NCBI GenBank assembly: GCA_038087875.1
Contig: JAXLNO010002302.1
Span: 1-64,000, forward strand
Length of the DNA stretch: 64,000 nucleotides
Direction of reading: 5' to 3'
DNA from: Malacoraja senta
Lineage: Eukaryota
The notes under the pieces are model-generated. The model saw nothing but the letters and a program-made list of their open reading frames with translations, searched no databases and was not told the DNA's origin. A program made the translations under genes and the position numbers. Each line of letters begins with the position of its first letter. Within the stretch, counting starts at the first letter, position 1. This document shows, piece after piece, positions 35,231-48,700 of this stretch.

Positions 35231-36294
35231 AGTCACTAAAGGAAAGTCACCAAGAGATGCAACTTGACCTGCAGTGTTACTCCAGCACTTTGTGTTTTAC
35301 TAAAGCTGAATAGCCAGTTGCCTGTGGTGACTCAGCAGGTCAGGCAGCATCTGTGGAGAACATGGATAGGTGACGTTTCAAGTCAAGATCATGAGATACT
35401 GCCTGACCTACTGAGTTACGCCAGCACTTTGTGCCCCATTGAACTAAACTTCCCGGCATGTGGAGGAAGCTGGATCTGCCACTGATGTTTCAAACTCCAC
35501 GTCCACCTGGAACAATCACGAGGTGTCTTTTTCACACAAAGACTGATGGGTGTATGGAGTGTTGCTGAGACATGTTGGCCGGTGTGGGCAAGTTGGGCCT
35601 AAGGGCCTGTTTCCACACTGTATCACTCTATGTCTCTAACACATGTGAAACTCTGCAGATTCAGCTGGGGTGGAGACACATCATCAGATCAGTTCAGGTC
35701 CGCTCACAGGCCACAAGACAAATACCTTGGAGGAGAACTCAGAGGCTGGGGAAAGCACGGTGTGAAGAACAGCTCGAGCAGCAGAGCCTGTTGTTAGGCA
35801 GCTGTTTTTTCTCAGAAGGGAGAGATTACCACAACTTCTCCACATGCTAAATTGGACAGTCACTCTGGTGCTACTTCATTTGAGATGCCCGCCTGTTCCC
35901 AATGGCTGGATTTCACAGGTTTTTTCTTTGAATATGCTTAGGTTTAGGTTCAACATTTCCCATTGCAGTGCGTGGAGGGAGTGCCTAGTGGAAACATCCT
36001 CACCCCATCCACTCTGTCCAGGATTTTCACTACTTGGTAAGTTTCAATGAGGTCCACAAGGCCAGGCAAGCTGTAGGTAGTTATCTCCCTTCTCCGCAGG
36101 GAGCTAGCTGGGTGCGATTTGGATGCACACAACGCAACAACAACCACTGATGGAAGTCTCTACAGGAACTAACGAGTGTTGAGCAATTTATCATCAGTTC
36201 CCCACACAATACAGAGAGGTTCTTGGTTACAAATAATTCAAGGCGCTAGTAAATAATTCTAAAGAACTGAGCATTTTGTAAAACAATGATTTAC

Positions 36295-36391
36295 CTGATG
36301 TGAGACCAACAGCGACAAGAACCAGCAGAGCGACTGTTCCCCTGGATCTGGGCCGTTTCTGGTGGGTGAATTCTCCCTGTCCCACCGCCAT
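36295..36391 (-). CDS. Leader (signal peptide) exon, minus-strand receptor copy
   Basis: MAVGQGEFTHQKRPRSRGTVALLVLVAVGLTS-G|GTAAAT, 97 nt, phase 1. Confidence 0.75.
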
Positions 36392-36939
36392 GTCTCGGCT
36401 ACGTTGGATCGGTTTGGTCCCTGCACTGCGTTTGAGTTGTCCTCTTCCTCATTCACAACAGAAGTCAAACAGTCAATTTCAGTTTACTCAGGAAACGACT
36501 TTGCAGTTGTTCGAGACTAACTTGGTGACTCACTTGCCACCTCCCCCAGCCTCCTCACCACGGACAATGCACCTATCAAGAGTGCGCTGCAACGCTCTCC
36601 AGTTGCCTGGATTGGAGCATCTCCTCGAAGCTCTGCTTCATCCTGGTGACGTTTGCCCACTTGACTGGCGCTCTGTCCACCAACGCAAACATTCCCTTGC
36701 CCACCCCCTCCCCCAAATGCAGGCACACTGTGTCTGAACTTGTATGGGATTAGGAGGCAGAGATCAGCCATGTTTGAATGGCGGAGTAGACTCGATGGGC
36801 TGAATGGCCACATTCTACTCATGGAACGTGTGAACTTGTGATCTGTTTACCCACCTCAAAATGCGCGTCACTAATTTATCCAGCCTTCCTCAGCTTCTCA
36901 TGTGTTGAAACGTTACCCAGGAGAAATAAGACACCAATG

Positions 36940-37200
36940 GAACGGAGATGAGGAAAAACTTTTTCTCACAGAGAGTTGTAAGTCTGTGGAATTCTCTGCC
37001 TCAGAGAGCGGTGGAGGCCGGTTCTCTGGATACTTTCAAGAGAGAGCTAGATAGTGCTCTTAAAGATAGCGGAGTCAGGGGATATGGGGAGAAGGCAGGA
37101 ACGGGGTACTGATTGTGGATGATCAGCCATGATCACATTGAATGGTGGTGCTGACTCGAAGGGCCGAATGGCCCACTCCTGCACCTATTGTCTATAGTCT
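36940..37200 (+). mobile_element. CR1 3'-end fragment
   Basis: EMRKNFFSQRVVSLWNSLPQ...CTATTGTCTAT tail. Confidence 0.8.
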
Positions 37201-37409
37201 ATTGCCAAACGCGATCAGATAAGTCAATTCATGTCACCAGACAAACTCCTTGAAGGACAATTCAAATACTTGAGCATCGGAGACTGGGTAAAGTTTAGTT
37301 TGAGGATGGGATTCATAAAATCATAGAGTGATACAGCACGGAAACAACTTGCCCTATGCCGATCAATGTGTTCCATGTGCGCTAGTCCCTTTTTAGTTTA
37401 GTTTAGTTT

Positions 37410-37690
37410 AGAGATACAGTGTGGAAACAGGCCCTCCGGCCCACCGTGTCCGCACCATCCAGTGATCCCCGCACTTTAACACAAATGTTTACATTTACAC
37501 CAACCCAATTAACCTACAAACCTGTACCATTTTGGAGTGTGGGTGGAAACTGAAGTTCTCGGAGAAAACCCAGGCAAGTCACTGGGAGAAAGTACAGACT
37601 ATGTACAGACAAGCACATGTAGCCAGGATCGAACCCGGGTATCTGGCGCTGTAATACAATGTAAGGCAGCAACTCTACGACTGCGCCACC
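37410..37690 (-). mobile_element. HE1/V-SINE-like SINE
   Basis: Reverse-complement head and (TTTAG)n tail. Confidence 0.75.
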
Positions 37691-37939
37691 GTAAAAACCA
37701 GGCCTGCATTTGACCCCTGTCCCTACAAACCTTTCGTATCCACGTACCATGTCCTAATGCTTTTAAATGTTGTTAATAGTACCTGTCTCCACTACTTCCT
37801 CTGGCTGCTCCTTCTGTGAGATAACATTGTTCCGGTAGGATTAGGGTTGTGTGAGGGAGAAGACAAAGGAGATTGCATATAATAGAATCTGGAACAATAG
37901 GCAGAACACCTGAAAAACTCAATATAAGAGGAGATGGGT

Positions 37940-39480
37940 CAAACGCGGACAAGTGGGACTAGTGGACTAGGGCGGCTCGGTGGCGCAGTGGTAGAGCTGC
38001 TGCCTTACAGCGCTTACAGTCGGGTTTGATCCCGACTACGGGTGCTGTCTGTATGGAGTTTGTATGTTCTCCCCGTGACCGCCTGGGTTTTCTCCGAGAT
38101 TTCAGTTTCCTCCAAAACTCCAAAAACGTGTAGGCTAGTAGGTTAGTTGGCTTGGAACAGGTGTAAATAGTCCCTAGTGCGTGTAGGATAGTGTTAATGC
38201 GTGGGGATTGCCGTTTGGTGTGGGCTGAAGGGCCAGTTTCCACGCTGTATCTCTAAACTAAACTAGTGTAGGTAAGCAGTTTGGTCAGCATAGTCAAGTT
38301 GGGAAGAAGGGCCTGTTTCTGTGCTATATGACTCTATGAATTTAACTCTGGTGCCAGTGCCCCGCCCTGCTCCACTCACCCTTCACCCTGGCACTGTGAC
38401 ATGTGGGTGGATTTGGACTTGCCTATGGTTCTCCACACCTCACAGATCTGATAACCCACCCTGCATAGTCATAACAACCCTAACCCGTAGAACCAATATT
38501 TGGTTTCAAAATATTTACACTGTTGTTCAAATCTTCTTACCAACCTCACAACTTCCTATTTCTCAAAAACAATCATATAATGCTGGAGTAAATGGGCCAG
38601 GCAGTATCTCCAGAGAACATGGATAGGTGACGTTTTGGGTTTGGACCCTTCTTCAGGCTGATTGTAGTAGGGGGGAGAAAGCTGGGAGAGAGGTGGGGGA
38701 AGGATGAAGCCTGGCAAGTGATAGGTGGATACAGGTGAGGGAGAGATGGTTATTGGCTGATGGGTGGACGAAGGCCAGAGATGGAAAGAAGCTAAAAGGC
38801 TGTGAGATGGAGAGAAGAGGCATGAAATGTGAAGCTGGAAGAAAGGATATATATATATATATATATGTGGAAAGGGACGGAGGTTAGGGGAAAGGATTGT
38901 TGTGGGTTAGTTACTTAAAACTAGAAAATTCAATGTTCCCACCATTGGGTTGCAATCTACCCGAGCGGACTATCAGATATTACTGCAACTGTACTTCCTT
39001 GTGTCTTCCTGTTTCTCAACCTATTTTGACATGAGTTGCTTGCATTGTGTTGTAACACTGCTACATGGAGAGGCTGGTGTAACACTGCTACATGTAACAC
39101 TGGTGATGGAGAGGCTTGTTCTGGGTGATATTTGTGGGGTTGCGTTTGCTGTAGGTGGAACTGCAACCACCCCCAGAGACCCAGGTTTGATTCTGACCTC
39201 CGGCGCTATCAGAGTGGAGTTTGCACGTTCTCCACGTTCTCCATGTGACAGCATGGGTCTCCTCTGGGTGCCCCGGTTTCCTCCCACATCCCAAAGACAT
39301 ATGGCTTTGTAGGTTAATTGGCCCTCTTTTCGAATTGCACTCAATGTGTAGGGAGTGCATGCAAAAGTGGTGTAATTTGGGACTAGTGTGAACGGGTGAT
39401 CGATGGTCAGCGTGGACTCGGTGGGCTGAATGGTCAGTTTCCATGCTGTATCTAACCAGCACGTGATTCAATGCGAAATT
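37940..39480 (+). repeat. Direct segmental duplication, copy 1 (copy 2 at 43705-46360)
   Basis: SINE, unique sequence, Penelope fragment, unique sequence and SINE occur in the same order in both copies. Confidence 0.8.
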
Positions 39481-40564
39481 CTAACTGACAATGATGCTGT
39501 GAAGAACCTTGAGACTTTTCCATCACCTTTAAGGTACTGTTGAAATGCAAGTTGCTGTTGCATTATTGCAAAGAATTACTCAATAAACCTTTACTCAGAG
39601 GGTGATGAATCGGTGGAATTCAATAGACAATAGACGATAGGTGCAGGAGGTAGGCAATTCGGCCCCTCGAGCCAGCACTACCATTCTATGTTATCATGGC
39701 TGATCATCCCCAATCAGTACCCCGTTCCTGCCTTCTCCCCAGATCCCCTGGCTCCGCTATCTTTAAGAGCCCTATCTAGCTCTCTCTTGAAAGTATCCAG
39801 AGAATGCCAGTGGATATTTTTAAGGCAGAGAAAGATAGGTTCTTAATTAGTTCAGGTGTAAGAGGTTATGGGGAGAAGGCAGGAGGATGGGGTTTGGAGG
39901 GAGAGATAGATCAGCCATGATTGAATGGTGTCATCTATGACCTTATGACAAAATTCAGCATCTTCATATACATTGGATTATTTTAATCATAATTCAATGT
40001 GCAGAGTTTTACACAGCAATTCTGGAGTGCCAGCTTTGAGTTCTAGTCTATGTACTGCTGTCTTTTGGGTGAATGTCAGGATGTACAGAAGTGTCTGCAA
40101 ACATTGATGCCTTTTTGAGACAGCGACTCCGATAAATAAAAAGTTTGGAGCTGAGTTCCAGAGGTCACCCCTCACCCTGCCACTATGTCCTACAGTGGTA
40201 TAGGAGAGGCAGCACACCCTCCCCACTGAAGATCAAGGAGCCTCTGTGTGGAGATAGATGATCAGATCTAGGTCATGTTCATAAATTATAAGATCAGAAT
40301 TAGGACATTCGGCCCATCAAGTCCACTCCGCCATTCAATCAATCATGGCTGATCTATCTTTCCCTCTCGACCCCATTCTCCTGCCTTCTCCCCATATCCC
40401 CTGACACCAGTACTAATCAAGAATCTATCAATCTCCGCCAAAAATGTCCTTTGACTTGGCCTCCACATGTTTCTGTCGCAATGATTTCCACAGCTTCACC
40501 ACCCTCTGACTAAAGAAATTCCTTCTCATCTCCTTTCTCAAACTATGTCCTTTTATTCTGAGGC

Positions 40565-40900
40565 TAGGGCACAGATTCATCGCCCTTCTCTCTAGAGGGT
40601 GTCTTGGGTGACTTTCCCAGGATAACTGAGCCACACCAAGGGCCAGCGTAGACATCCAGCGAAAGGTCAGTCTGTGGCAGGGGGTGGTGGAGATGCCCCT
40701 CAAAGTAAGGGACGCTGGGACGGTATTCCACGCCAGTGGGCCACATGAGTGGCAAGGGTGTGGGGTTCATTTGTGTAATTTGTGTAAACAGTATTGAATG
40801 TATGTCTAGCCTCCGAGAATGTCGGATGGAGTTTTGTAAGGATCATGTATTGTATATATTTATTTTTCAAATAAATTATATTTTGAAATTAAAAAAAAAA
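40565..40900 (+). mobile_element. Probable L1/Tx1-type LINE 3' end
   Basis: Ends in a T/A-rich UTR, AATAAA and poly(A) at about 40890; family assignment is uncertain. Confidence 0.35.
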
Positions 40901-41014
40901 CTGAGTCAGAGTATTGTGGGTTCAACTCCCACTCCAGATGCTGTCACTCGGATGAGGCATTTAGCTGGCCTGCTGCTCTGCTGTCTGATCTCGCAAGCCT
41001 GCTATCTCTCTTCA

Positions 41015-41335
41015 GTGCAGCACGGAGGTGCAGCGGTTAGCTGCTGCCTCACAGTGCCAGAGATCCGGGTTCGATCCTCACTACGGGTGCTGTCTGTGTG
41101 GAGTTTGAACGTTCTCCCTGTGACCTCGTGGGTTTCCTCCAGGTGTTCCGGTGTCCTCCCACATCCCTAATTCATGCGAGTTTGTAGGTTAAATACCTCT
41201 GCAAGATTGTCGCAAATGTGTAGGGAATGGATGAGAAAAGTGGGATAACAGAACTAGTGTGTACAGGTGATCAATGGTCGGCGTGGACTCGGTGGGCCAA
41301 TGGGCCTGTTTCCATGCGGTATCTCTAAACCAAAC
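41015..41335 (+). mobile_element. HE1/V-SINE-like SINE; with its flank a direct copy of 21540-21960
   Basis: Shared unique flank TGCTGTCACTC(T/G)GATGAGGCATTTAGCTG. Confidence 0.75.
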
Positions 41336-41529
41336 TAATCTTTCTAATAGCCTACATGTTATCCTGGCCTGTTCCTACATCAAAACTAGCACTGATCTGC
41401 AATAAGTAGCTACATTAACCATATTACCTGATACAGCACCCCAAGTATTGTATAAGCTTTGTATAATCACTTGCTTTTAGGAAAGAATTATGCCAAACAG
41501 CGGAACTGGTTTCGTTTAAAAGGCTGTTT

Positions 41530-42850
41530 ATTAACAAACATATTTTATCCCATAGTTAATAACCCTTCGTTTAATCCCTCTACTATAGATAAATCTTTCA
41601 CACATTGGGATAGACTAGGAATTAAAACGTTCGGTGACTTATATGAAACTGGAAAATTACTTTCATTTCAACAACTACAAATAAAATATAAACTCGGAAA
41701 TAATCAATATTTTAAATATTTTCAAATATGCGACTATTTGAAAAAATATACAAAAGATCATTATAATAGCCCAGCAGATGTATTGGATGATGCAATGCAG
41801 ATAAAAGCTGAATCAGCAAACTTAATATCATATTTGTATAATATTATCTTAAATGTAGAAATACCATCTACGGAGGGTATCAGAAGAGACTGGGAACAAG
41901 AGTTAGCTATTAAAATTTCAAAGGAAAGGCGGAATGAACACTTATTAAACGTGCATAAATGTTCGATTAATGTAAGACACACTTTAATACAAATTAAAAT
42001 TGTATATAGATTATATTATACCAAAACTAAAATCCATAAAATTTTCCCAAATGTATCATCCATTTGTGATAAATGTCAATCCCAAGAAGCTACTATAGCG
42101 CACTCATTTGTTTTCTGTACAAAAATTCAAAAATTTTGGATTGAAATTTTCGAAATCTTTACAAAATTATTTAAAATAAAACTGATACCCAAAGCAGAAT
42201 GGATTATCGTCGGAATAACGGAAGATGGTCCAGAACTAAATGTGTTTTAAAAGAAACTAATAGACTACGGGTTAATAACCGGAAAAAAGCTAATCCTAAA
42301 ATTTTGGAAGAAGGCTCCAATACCAACTATAAACATGTGGATTTCAAATATGTTCGAAACATTACACCTAGAAGAGATAAGACTCCTCCTGGCAGGTAAA
42401 CCAGATCACTTCCACCTGACGTGGTCTGTATTTATAGAATTATTACAAAACTAGGGTGCAAAGGTACTTAAAAAAAAACTGAGGTCAGGTAAGGGGGGAT
42501 GAAAGTTGGAGAGTTGGTATGTCCCATTTGCGTAATGCTCATAAAAACTATTTGTTTTTCTCTTTTCCCTCTTTCTCCTTTTCCTTCTTTTCTAGGGTCT
42601 ATTTCTGAACTCTTTTTCTTTTGTTTTTAATTTTGTTCTTATAGGGTCTTCGTTCTTTCTTGTTGTCACATTTTCTACACTTTCACTTTTTCCTTCACTT
42701 TCTTCTTTCTCTCAATCTCATCCTTTCCCTTTTCTAGTGTAAAAAACAAACGGAGTACATTAATTGTAAGAAGATATAAGTGACGAGTACTAATGTATGT
42801 GGTTGTAATGTAATGTACTGCTAATAAATAAAAAAATAAATAAATAAAAA
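41530..42850 (+). mobile_element. 5'-truncated L1 (ORF2 C-terminus, 3' UTR, poly(A))
   Basis: ORF 41459-42250 with HRLYYTK...CDKCQSQEATIAHSFVFC; A-rich tail at about 42825-42850. Confidence 0.88.
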
Positions 42851-42939
42851 CCTAAGCTGCTCTTGTCATTAAAGGTGAGAACAGTAATTAGTGATCAATT
42901 GATATAATAACCAGATGGGTCTTTCAAAAGCATCATGTT

Positions 42940-43440
42940 ATAGGAAAGATGTTGTCTAGCTGGAAAGGGTACAGAGAAGATTTACGAGGATGTTGCCAGG
43001 ATTACATGGTCTGAGCTATAGAGAGAGGTTGAGTAGGCTGGGATTCTATTCCTTGGAGCGCAGGTGGATGAGGGGTGATCTTATAGAGATGTATAAAATT
43101 ACGAGAGTAATAGATCGGGTAGATGCACAGTGTCTCTTGCCCAGCGCAGGTGAATCGAGGACCAGAGGACATAGATGTAATGTGAAGGACAAAAGATTCA
43201 ATCGGAATCTGAGGGGTAACTTTTTCACACAAAGGTGGTGGGTGTATGGAACAAACTGCCAGAGGGAGTAGTGAGGCAGGGACTATCCCAACGTTTAAGA
43301 AACAGTTAGATATGGTACTTGGATAGGATAGGTTTGGGGGGATATGGGGCAAACGCGGGCAGGTGGAACTAGTGTAGCTGGCCTGGGACAAGTTGGCTGG
43401 TGTAGGCAAGTTGGGCTGAAGGGCCTATTTCCACACTGTC
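42940..43440 (+). mobile_element. CR1-type 3' fragment
   Basis: LSYRERLSRLGFYSLERRWMRGDLIEMYKI, with a CACTCTATGACTCTATG tail. Confidence 0.8.
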
Positions 43441-44034
43441 TCACTCTATGACTCTATGTGTATGGCAATTATTTTGGAAAAGAACTTCATTAAAGCATTT
43501 GAAGGGATTTCCACTGGTAAACCAAGGTAATGGGTCTGTGTCTGAGGGTGAATCGGGAAGTTAACCCTCACTCTTGTTTAGCGCAGAGAGTTACCCCTTC
43601 TACTCTAGTAGCGTCACAGTACACTAATGTGAGGCATTTATCATTGCAACACTGACATTAGGATGGCATAGTAGCGCAGCGGTCGAGTTGCTGCCTCACA
43701 ACACCAGGTCAAACGCGGGCAAGTGGGACTAGTTGACTAGGGCGGCACGGTAGAGCAGTGGTAGAACTGCTGCCTTACAGCGTTTACAGTCGGGTTCGAC
43801 CCTGACTATGGGTGCTGTCTCCATGGAGTTTGTACGTTATCCCCGTGACCGCCTGGGTTGTCTCTGAGATCTTCAGTTTCCACCCACACTCCAAAACCGT
43901 ATAGGTTAGTAGGTTAGTTGGCTTGGTATAAGTGTAAATAGTCCCTGGTGGGTGGAGGATAGTGTTAATGCATGGGGATCGCTGTTCGGTGCGGACTCGG
44001 TGGGCTGAAGAGCCAGTTTCCACACTGTATCTCT

Positions 44035-44890
44035 TTTTTTTAAATTTTTATTATTTTTATTAGAAGTACGGTAAATTACAGTAATACACATCACTTATAT
44101 CTTAATACATTTTTTATACCGCTTCATTTTTTTGAGCTTTAAGAGAAAGATAGAAGTAAGAAAAGTAAAGAAAGTGCGCAAGAGTCGTGAGGTGCAAGAG
44201 AGTGTTGTGAAAAGAAAGCCCCTTAGAAAAAAAGTTAGAGAAGGAAGTAAAGTAAGAAAGTAGATCCTAGAAAAGAAAGAAAAAGAAAGTAGGAACAATC
44301 GCAGAAAGGGAACCACCGACCAAGTCTGTTTTTATTGTTTTACCTCCCATTACCAGGTCCTGATACCATTTATTTATTTATTTATTTATTAAATTACTAT
44401 TGCATCTCATGCTTGTAATAGGTCCAGAAACGTAGACCACGTCTTTTGGAATTGGTCTGCTTTCCCTGCTAAGAGGAATCTCATCTCTTCCAGATGTAAT
44501 GTTTCCAACATATTTGATGTCCACATTTTTATTGTTGGTGTGGGCGCATTTTTCCAGAATTTAAGTATGAGCCTTTTTCCCATTATTAGCCCGTAATTGA
44601 ATAAGTTCTTCTGATACACGTTTCATTCAGGGATACCTTCCGATATTCCAAAAATGATCCATTCTGGTTTTGGTACCAGTTTTATTTTAATTAATTTTGA
44701 GAAAATATCAAATATTTCATACCAGAATTTTTGGATTTTTGTACAAAAAACAAAAGAATGCGCTATGGTAGCTTCTTGGCATAGACATTTATCACAGATT
44801 GGTGAAACATTAGGAAAGATTTTATTTAATTTAGTTTTTGAATAATATAGTCTATGTAGTGTTTTGAATTGGATGAGCGTATGTCGTACG
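44035..44890 (-). mobile_element. 5'-truncated L1 inserted in a SINE tail
   Basis: 17-bp TSD TTCCACACTGTATCTCT (44018-44034 and 44891-44907); poly(T) at 44034; ORF HRLYYSK...CDKCLCQ. Confidence 0.9.
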
Positions 44891-44929
44891 TTCCACACTG
44901 TATCTCTAAACTAAACTAAACTAGTGTAG

Positions 44930-45200
44930 GATTAAGAAAGAACTGCAGATGCTGGGAAAATCGAAGGTAGACACAAATGCTTGAGAAACTCAGCCTGTGG
45001 AGGCAGCATCTATGGAGTGAAGGAATAGGTGATGTTTCGGGTCGAGACCCTTCTTCAGACTGATGTGGAGGTGGGGAGGGCGGGAAGAAGAAAGGAAGAG
45101 GCGGAGACAGTGGGCTGTGGGAGAGCTGGGAAGGGGAGGGGAAGGAGGGAGAAAGGAAGGACTACCTGAAATTGCAGAAGTCAATGTTCATACCGCTACG
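44930..45200 (-). mobile_element. Penelope 3' fragment with a hammerhead-like core
   Basis: The minus strand reads CAGTCTGAAGAAGGGTCTCGACCCGAAACATC. Confidence 0.7.
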
Positions 45201-46419
45201 GTACACTACATATAGTAACTACACTACTACTAGTGTAGGTGGGCAGTTTGGTCAGCATGGTCAAGTTGGGAAGAAGGGCCTGATTCATAGTCATATGCTA
45301 TATGACTATGAATTTAACTGTGCTGCCAGTGCCCCGCCCTGCTCTGCCCCACTCAACCTTCACCCTGGCACTGTGACATGTGGGTGGATTTGGACTTGAC
45401 CATGGTTCTCCATACCTCACAGATCTGATTACCCACCCTGCATACTGTCGTAACCACCCTAACCCGTACAATCATTGACCTGGTTTCAAAATATTTACAC
45501 TGGTGTTCAAATCTTCTTATCAATTTCACAACTTCCTATTTCACAAAAACAGACATGTAATGCTGGAGTAAATGGGGCAGGCAGCATCTCCAGAGAACAT
45601 GGATACGTGACGTTTTGGGTTGGGACCCTACTTCAGGCTGATTGTAGTAGGGGGGAGAAAGCTGGGAGAGAGGTGAGGGAAGGATGAAACCTGGCAAGTG
45701 ATAGGTGGATACAGGTGAGGGAGAGATGGTTATTGGCTGATGGGTGGACGAAGGCCAGAGATGGAAAGAAGATAAAAGGCTGTGAGATATGGAGAGAAGA
45801 GGCATGAAATGTGAAGCTGGAAGAAACAATATATATATGTGGATAGGGACGGAGGTTAGGGGGAAAGGATTGTTGTGGGTTAGTTACTTAAAACTAGAAA
45901 ATTCAATGTTCCCACCATTGGGTTGCAATCTACTCGAGCGGACTATCAGATATTACTGCATCTGTACTTCCTTGTGTCTTCCTGTTTCTCAACCTATTTT
46001 GACGTGAGTTGCTAGCATTGTGTTGTCACACTGCTACACTGGTGATGGAGAGGCTTGTTCTGGGTGATATTTGTGGGGTTGGGTTTGCTGTAGGTGGAAC
46101 TGCAACCACCCCGAGACCCGGTTTGATTCTGACCTCCGGCGCTATCAGTGTGGAGTTTGCACGTTCTTCCTGTGACAGCGTGGGTCTCCTCTTGGTGCTC
46201 CGGTTTCCTCCCACATCCCAAAGACGTGTGGCTTTGTAGGTTTATTGGCCCTCTTGTCGAATTGCTCTCAATGTGTAGGGAGTGCATGCAAAAGTGGTGT
46301 AATGTGGGACTAGTGTGAACGGGTGATTGATGGTCAGCGTGGACTCGTTGGGCCGAACGGTCGGCCGAATAGAATCAGAATCACACTTTATTCGCCAAGT
46401 ATGTTTTCCAAAATAAGGC

Positions 46420-47485
46420 TCTACTTTTTTTTTTACCAATTTCATGTTTAAGAATATAAAATACCGTCAGAAATGTGGCAACTCTTGTGTACTGTATCAT
46501 ATAATCTGCTATTAATACACTCTTGTCCTTTGCTTCAGCTGTGCTTATATAAAGTAAGATTTTTACTGAATTCTATGCAATAGAAATTTCACTGTACCCA
46601 TGTGCATGCGATAATAAAATACCATTGAACCATTGAGCAATGGGGATATAAAAACAGTTAAATGATTACAACTACGGACACGCGTTAGAAGAATAAGATA
46701 AAAATTGAGGGTAAGCGTTATATCAATATTGTTATTCTGATGGAATGACGCCCAATTATCATCGTTTAGCATTTCAGAGCCAGAGAGGGTGTTCACCAGT
46801 TGGAGATGTACAAATCTCATCACCTTGACCCTACAGCATCACCACACCCCACCTATGTCCAATCTAACTTGAACACTTGAGGAGGAATTTCTTTAGCCAG
46901 AGGGTGATGAATCGGTGGAATTCATTGCCACAGACAGCTGTGGAGGCCAAGTCAATGGAGATTGACAGATTTATTCGGGGTGTCAAACGTTGTGGAGAGA
47001 TGGCAGGAAAATGGGATGGAGGGGGAAAGATAGATCATCCATGATTGAACGGCGGAGTAGACTCGATGGAGCAAATGGCCGAATTCTGCACCTATGTTTG
47101 CAGACACTTCTGTACATCCTGACATTCACCAAAAAGACAGCAGTACATAGACTAGAACTCAAAGCTGGCTCTCCAGAATGTGAACTTTTAACTTTACTAC
47201 CAATTAAAGATGGCTGGATTTTTGTCATAAGGTCATAAGTGATAAGAGTAGAATTAGGCCATTCTGCCCATCAAGTCTACTCCACCATTCAATCATGGCT
47301 GACCTATCTCTTCCTCCCAACCCCATTCTCCTGTCTTCTCCCCATAACCTCTGACCTCTATGAACTAATTAAGAATCTATCTGGTGTATATCTGGTGACA
47401 TGAGTAGAATTACCTGATCACGTTTGGCGTTGTCTCATTTCTCCTGGGTAACGTTTCAACACATGAGAAGCTTAGGAAGGCTGGA
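46420..47485 (+). repeat. About 1.1-kb boundary module upstream of the plus-strand receptor gene
   Basis: Direct repeat of 62270-63379; inverted copies at 21960-22880 and, in part, 39920-40110. Confidence 0.85.
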
Positions 47486-47869
47486 CAAGTTAGTGACGCG
47501 CATTTGGAGGTGGGTAAACAGATCAAAAGTTTACACGTTCCAGGAGTAGAATTTGGCCATTTGGCCCGTCGAGGCTATTCCGCCATTCAAACATGGCTGA
47601 TCTCTGCCTCCTAATCCCATACATGTTCAGACACAGAGTGCTCGCATTTGGGGGAGGGGGTTGAGGGGGTGGGCAAGGGAATGTTTGCGGTGGTGGACAG
47701 AGCGCCAGTCAAGTGGGCAAATGTCACCAGGATGAAGCAAAACTTCGAGGAGATGCTCCAATCCAGGCAACAGGAGAGCGTTGCAGCGCAGTCCTCATAG
47801 GTGCATTGTCCATGGTGAGGAGGCTGGGGGAGGTGGCAAGTGAGTCACCAAGTTAGTGTCGAACCACTG

Positions 47870-47975
47870 CAAAGTCGTTTCCTGAGTAAACGGAAATTGA
47901 CTGACATGTTGTGAATGAGGAAGAGGACAACTCAAACGCAGTGCAGGGATCAAACCGATCCAACACAGCCGAGAC
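47870..47975 (+). promoter_or_regulatory. Candidate proximal promoter with ETS/PU.1-like sites
   Basis: TTTCCTG and GAGGAAG about 50-100 nt upstream of the ATG, conserved in the inverted copy at 36440-36500. Confidence 0.35.
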
Positions 47976-48072
47976 ATGGCTGTGGGACAGGGAGAATTCA
48001 CCAACCAGAAACGTCCCAGATCCAGGGGAACAGTCGCTCTGCTGGTTGTTGTCGCTGTTGGTCTCACATCAG
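47976..48072 (+). CDS. Exon 1 (signal peptide) of a CD300/pIgR-like receptor
   Basis: MAVGQGEFTNQKRPRSRGTVALLVVVAVGLTS-G|GTAAAT: basic n-region, hydrophobic h-region, phase 1. Confidence 0.75.
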
Positions 48073-48319
48073 GTAAATCGTTGTTTTACTAAATGCTCTG
48101 TTCTTTAGAATTATTTACTGGCACCTTGAATTATTTGTAACCAAGGACTTCTCAGTACTGTGTGGGGGGCTGATGATAAATTGCTCAACACTCGTTAGTT
48201 CCTGTAGAGACTTCCATCAGCGGTTGTTGTCGTGATGTGTGCAGCCAAATTGTACACAGCTAGCTCCCTGTGGAGAAGGGAGATAACTACGTACAGCTTG
48301 CCTGGCCTTGTGGACCTCA

Positions 48320-48700
48320 TTGAAACTTACCAAATAGTGAAAGGCCTGGATAGAGTGGATAGGCCTGGGGTGAGGATGTTTCCACTAGTCGGATAGTCTA
48401 GGACCAGAGGTCGCAGCCTCAGAATTAAAGGACATTCCTTTAGGAAGGAGATGAGGAGGAATTTCTTTAGTCAGAAGGTGGTGAAACTGTGGAATTCATT
48501 GCCGCAGAAGGCTGTGGAGGCTGTCAATAGATATTTCTAAGGCAGAGATAGATAGATTCTTGATTAGGACTGGTGAAAGGAGTCCTGGGGAAAAGGCAGG
48601 AGGATTTAGTTGAGAGGGAAAGGTAGATCAGCCATGATTGAATGGAGGAGAGTAGACTTGATGGGCCAAATGACCTAATTCTGCTCCTAGTATTAATGAA
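48320..48700 (+). mobile_element. CR1 3' fragment
   Basis: RTRGRSLRIKGHSFRKEMRRNFFSQKVVKLWNSLPQK. Confidence 0.75.

Larger units (their letters stand above)
21960..37240 (-). repeat. Left arm of a large inverted segmental duplication
   Basis: Colinear reverse complement of about 47390-63150 (boundary module, tail exon, Tc1, TM exon, Ig intron, leader). Confidence 0.88.
43705..46360 (+). repeat. Direct segmental duplication, copy 2, with later L1 and Penelope insertions
   Basis: Matches 37940-39480 on either side of the insertions. Confidence 0.8.
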
